A stretch of 64,000 nucleotides of DNA, from positions 86,056,001 through 86,120,000 of the forward strand of contig OZ024743.1 of the NCBI GenBank assembly GCA_964016885.1. Direction: 5' to 3'. Both the position numbers and the translations under genes were made by a program. Under the pieces are notes generated by a model. It was not told the origin of the DNA. It did not search any database and saw only the letters and a program-made list of their open reading frames with translations. Of the stretch, positions 58,105-64,000 are shown piece after piece. Within the stretch, counting starts at the first letter, position 1; the number at the start of each line of letters is the position of its first letter. The DNA comes from Eledone cirrhosa (lineage: Eukaryota).

Positions 58105-59307
58105 TGAGCGAGCGGGCGGGTGGGTGAGTGAGCGAGGGAGAGGGTTGGTGGGTAGGCATGCGTGCGTGCATGTGTTGAACAATGAAAATAAAACAAAAGC
58201 TGAGGAGATGTGCTCAATTAATTTATTGTTTTACGACTGTTTCTGAGGAAAATGGTGAGATGGTTCTAAAATATCGAGATTAGTAATGCGTTGGCATAAC
58301 AACTATCAATTAGTCAATATATCATGATCAATCAACCTTCTGAAATGACCATAAAACTATGAACCAATTAAGCATCTATCTTCATCTTTTATCTTACTTT
58401 CATTGTTCAAAACATACATATATGACTTTGTAGCTCGTTTAGAATTTAGGAGAGATGGTCACCATTTTAGAAGGCTGCGTTGTTTTACGATTTAGAGGGG
58501 AGTTCGTTTTCCTAGCTTGGCTGCTAGTACATCTCTTCTATTTGTTGTTAGGTGTAGGTAAACAATTAAGCAAAAAGAACATACCTCGAGATTATATGTA
58601 CATGAGCATTTTAATCAGAGCAATAAACAAAACAGGTTATCATATCAGTTGCTCCTTGATTGGTAATTCGTAATTATCATTAAGTGGCGGTGTTCAAATA
58701 TCCCGTGACCGCATGGTGCAATATCGCTCTTTCGCCACAGTGAAACGCGTCTGGTCCCCTCAAGAGACAAAGTCGAAGAGTGTGTATTCAGCTACTGACG
58801 TCAGAACTAAGGGCAGTTAATCGACTGCCTCCAAAGTCAAAGCTAGGTGGCGTGATCTTCTACAAGAATCTATGGTGGAATTTTATATGATGAAAGCCCT
58901 ACTACAAAAACAATAACTTTCACCTCATGATCTTGTTGGAATTACCTCTTCAAGTTACATGTAGTTCTAAAAGCATTTTATTGGCTCTACCACAAACAGG
59001 TAGATACTAGTATATGCTTGTATGTGTGTGTGTGGATATATATATAACCTATAGGTGTTTATATGAATAAAATATGTGTAGTCAATACATATACAAGGAT
59101 GAAATATGTATAAAATGATATAATCTGCTATTGATAATACATCATAATTTGATGTTTTATATTGAGCTTAGATTAAGCAATAATCAAATTGTAAGCTTGA
59201 CCAATTTCTGAAATACTGTTTCTGTGACATCTGTTGATTGTTTGGCTTAAGTTAAGTATGAATGCTACATACTATCACTAACAGAGTGTAAAATATTTAA
59301 TATACAT

Positions 59308-60277
59308 CTATAGAAATAGAAGACACTTTCCGTTACCTGGGTGACGAAATCAGCAGTGGTGGAGGGTGTTCTGAAAGTACAGTAGCCAGAGTCAGAACGG
59401 AATGGAAAAAGTTCAGAGAGCTTATACCGCTGTTGGCCACAAAAGGTTTCTCTCTAAAAATGAAAGGCAGATTGTATGATGCTTGTATACGAACAGCAAT
59501 GTTACATGGCAGTGAGACATGGGCATTGCGTGTAGAGGACCTGTGTAGACTGGAAAGGAACGAAGCATGCATGCTCCGTTGGATGTGTAATAGTAATATA
59601 CGTGAACGGCAAAGCATAAATGAACTAAGTGAGAAATTAGGAATAAGAGGGATCAGAGAAGACTACGTTGGTATGGCCACGTGATGCGCATGAAAGACGA
59701 CAGCTGTATAAAAAAGTGCAGGACGATCAAAATTGATGGTAGTTACGGAGTAGGTAGACCCAGAAAAACCTGGGACGATCTGATAAATTCTGACCTTACA
59801 CACTTGCACCTCTCTAAGACAATGTCACTGGACCGAGATCTTTGGCGCTACGCAGTAATACAGAAGACCCGCCTTGCCTATGTACAAAGTGAAACCTACA
59901 GTCAGTAGGCACCTCTTAACCAAATATACACCCCAATCCACTACCCTCCCACTAACACCACCCTCTCTCTAAAGTTGGTACCACAACATCCAGTCCAAAT
60001 AAATGAGATAAGTGAGATCGAGATCGTGTAGGTGTCACGAGAAAAAAACACACAGTCACGCTGTAATGTGGCCGTGTAGGTAACACGGTAAAAAGTTCCC
60101 AGTTCCACACTGTAAATGTGGTTGGTTTTAGGAAGGGCTTCCAGCCGTAGAAAACCTGCCAGATAGTCCTATATGAGCGAGACCTGGTCACCCGACCAAC
60201 ATTGCCTCAAGTGGGACAACTACCGTCTAACGCATGCTAGCGTGGAAAATGGACGTTAAACGAAGATGATGATGATG
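59308..60277 (+). mobile_element. 5'-truncated RTE LINE (family B) with long 3' UTR and (ATG)n tail
   Basis: KGRLYDACIRTAMLHGSETW...GRPRKTWDD...LWRYAV; near-identical to 54006-54295 where they overlap. Confidence 0.92.
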
Positions 60278-61398
60278 ATATATATATATATATATATACA
60301 TAAAACTGAAACTAGTCATACAAACAGGGTACGGCACGGCCAAATGGGACCATCCAGTTCCACATTGTAAACATGTTTGGTGTTTAGGAAGGACATCGAA
60401 CAGCCCAAATGTGGTCCAGTATGAGCTAGGTACGGTGTAGCCAACTGGCCTGACTAGCCAAAGTGGGACCACCCAGTCCCACACAGTAAATGTGGTTGGT
60501 GTTATGAAGGGCTGTAGATGTGGTTGCTGATAAGAAGTACAACTAGCAGCCATAAGAACTCAGCAAAAGCACGGTCTCATAAGCAAGGTACAGCATGGCC
60601 AATTAACAAGACATGCTTCATAAGGGCAACCACCTACTCCCACACTGTAAATGTAGTTGGTGTTTAAGAAAGGCACCCAACAACCATAAAAATCCTCATC
60701 CGAAACACAGACCCTGCTATGAGGAATGTTCAACAGGGCCAACTGCCCAGACCTACCTCATTATAGGTCAACCTCAGTTCCCAAGTATGGATCCACATAT
60801 GAGCAGGGTACAGTGCAGCCAAACCCCTCTCATAACGGGACCACCGAGTCCCACACTGGCAACATGGTTGGTGTTGGGAATGGCATCCAGCTGTAAAAAA
60901 AAAAACTGGCCAAAATACAGTCCCGTTTGAGCAAAGTATGGCGCAGCCAAATGGCCAGACCCTCCTCATAATAGGACCACCCAGTTCCAAAAGTAAAAGT
61001 GGTTGGTGTTAGGAAGGACATCCAGTTTTAGAAAAAAATGGCCAAAATACAGTCCCATTTGAGCAAAGTACAGCACGGTTAAATGGCCAAACTTACCTCA
61101 TAACGTGGACAACCCGTCTGACCCATGCAAAGATGGAAAATAAGACATTAAACTGTGATGATGATATATATATATATATATAAGAAGGAATTTGTAGTTC
61201 ACTTGAAGCACTGTATATGGTATAAAGAATTTAAAGTTTGAAAGCCATGACAATATATTATATATATATGATATATATTATATATAATATATATAATCTA
61301 TATATATATATATATATTATATATATATAATGTATATATGTATATATATTATATATATATAATATATATATAATGTATATATATATATATTATATATT

Positions 61399-61789
61399 AT
61401 CATCATCAACACCATTTTACGCCCGTTCTTCCACGCTAGCATGGGTTAGACGGGTTGTCCTGTTGTGGGCAGTGTCTGGTCGGCTGACCATGCCTTGCTC
61501 ATACAGGAACTGATTCTGGCTTGATTTCTACAGCTGGATGCCCTTCCTAACACCAACCTCATTTACAGTGAGTGCTGGGTGCTTTTTTGCCGTGGCACCT
61601 TTACGCCCACTTTGCAGTGGAATGATATGGACCCCAGTCCTATCATCTCATTTTGACAGCTGAGTAAACTGGAGCAATGTGAAATAAAGTGTCTTGCTCA
61701 AGGAAACAACACATCACCCGGTTCGAGAATTGAACTCACAACCTTTCGATTGCAAGGCCAATGCTCTAACCACTAAGCCATGTGCCTTC
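61399..61789 (-). mobile_element. CORE-type SINE, longer-tail variant
   Basis: Same head and core; tail nearly identical to the RTE UTR at 61878-62155. Confidence 0.88.
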
Positions 61790-61843
61790 AAATATATAAT
61801 ATATATTATATATATATAATATATATATTATATATATAATATA

Positions 61844-62320
<477 letters not shown>

Positions 62321-62942
62321 GATATATTATATATATATATAATATATATATCGTGTGGACTATGTATTGATGAATGAATAAATATTCTAAACAGATTACG
62401 CAATAGTGATTGCCTAAACACGAGAAATTAATTCTTCACACGTTGTCCACACGTCTGGAAACACCTCTTATATAACTACAAAGCTCTTATATAACCAAAA
62501 GCATCCTAATTTTCTTATCAACTAGAAACTTTTGAACTTTCGCAGTTATCTCTCTTACACCTCTCGCACGCAATTTAGTATTGCCTGTGTGAAGTGATCA
62601 TTTCTGCACATGCGCGTTCGTACGGTTGTCCTTCCTGTTCCATATAACCATGTCCATTACGAGCTGAGGATCTGCTAAGGTGAAACAATTGTTCTCGGTA
62701 TGGTGAACTAACTGTTGTGTAACCACTTCTACCTAACTCGTCCCATGGACTGAGTGCTCTACCACTACGGATATTACTTTCCAGTGTTCTACCACTATAT
62801 ATATATATAATATGTTTTTCTTACCAATCTCTTTCACAAAACCACCGCTTCGGCTATCACTCCTTAAGTTTAGACCTGGTTGCTTTTCGATATGCTAGAT
62901 GGACTATAGAATTCTGGAGAGTCTGAAGAATCTGGACACTCA

Positions 62943-64000
62943 ATGACAATGTCAAAGATAAAGATAAATTATCATGTTGCCAGACGAGAATGCAAGGACT
63001 CCTCTTTATTTCGGCCGCGGATGGCTAACATAACCCCATCTTCCTCACCCCTCCCTGCGCTTCATCCTTCCCACCCACCAAACGCAATCCAAAACTTCAG
63101 AGTTGGTACCATGAATGTAGGCACTTTAAAAGGTTGCTCTAACGAGATTGTAGAGATGCTTGAACATAAGGAAGTTGATGTTTGCTGTATTCAAGAGACC
63201 AGGTGGAGGGGTGGGTCTGCTAGATTCATTGTGGGTAAAAAACGATGTTATAAACTTTTCTGGGTGGGAAATGACAATGGGCTGGTTGGAGTAGGAATCA
63301 TGTTAGCAGAAAAATGGGTAGATAAGGTAATAGACGTAAATAGAGTGAATGACAGAATAATCAAAATAAGACTTGTCCTAAATAGAACTACTGTGACAAT
63401 AATATCTGCGTATGCACCCTAATCCGGACTGCCTGGCGTTTTAAAGACAGATTCTATGAGTCGCTAATGCTCACTGCCTCCCAAATAACCAACAGTGACT
63501 ACATAATTATTGCTGGCGACCTAAATGATCATGTTGGACAACATTGTGACAGCTATGACGGAATCCATGGAGGCTATGGGTTTGGTACTAGAAATGAAGA
63601 AGGCTCTAGAATCCTGGAATTCTGTGACGCTAATAACCTAACTATCTGTAACACAAACTTAAAAAAATGAGATAATCACTTGATCACCTATAGATCAGGG
63701 GAACACGCCAGTCAGATAGATTATATCCTTACCAGAAGACGTGATAGAGTGTCTGTTGTAAACACTAAATCCCTCATGAAGAATGCACCTCCCAACATAG
63801 CCTCATAGTTAGCGACCTCATAGTCAGGACAAGACGTACTCGACAACAGAGGAGGACTACCCTAAGGAGAAGAATATGGAAGTTAAAGGACCCCACAGCT
63901 AGTAACGAATTTAAAAGCATATTACTTGATGCTTTTGACAGTAAGGAAGAGCAATTAGAGATGTACAATATAGAGGAACAGTGGGAATTCCTGAAAGTTA
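62943..64000 (+). mobile_element. RTE LINE 5' part, apurinic endonuclease domain, disrupted; runs off the window
   Basis: VGTMNVGTL, DVCCIQETRW, GVGIML, ISAYAP, IIAGDLNDHVG, RNEEGSRILEFC, QIDYIL; in-frame stops. Confidence 0.92.

Noticed and set aside
58740-58755. GAAACGCGTC hammerhead 3' half
   Set aside because: No upstream CUGANGA or stem II found.

Overview
Eukaryotic (animal) genomic DNA, AT-rich and dense in microsatellites. The repeat content suggests a coleoid cephalopod such as Octopus (inference). Positions 442-31959 carry the last 19 coding exons (about 1210 codons, all GT-AG, phases consistent) of an NFRKB/INO80G ortholog on the + strand; its 5' end lies upstream of the window. 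Almost every other ORF in the track is spurious (microsatellite, antisense SINE) or a transposon relic. The repeats include a young tRNA/CORE-type SINE sharing its tail with an RTE LINE, a second tRNA-SINE family, RTE, CR1-group and CRE-like LINE fragments, piggyBac, hAT, mariner and Merlin-like non-autonomous DNA elements, head-to-tail Helitrons and several minisatellites. The most notable signal is a dispersed family of short palindromic elements in (TA)n tracts carrying type I hammerhead ribozyme folds (Penelope pLTR-like). Several share a C.C mismatch at stem II position 4 despite different stem sequences, and two copies lie 530 nt apart on the sense strand of an NFRKB intron. Also of note: a Merlin/MULE-like element carrying a LINE 3' end, a minimal tRNA-CR1-tail proto-SINE, and a templated copy of an NFRKB exon at a broken SINE end.
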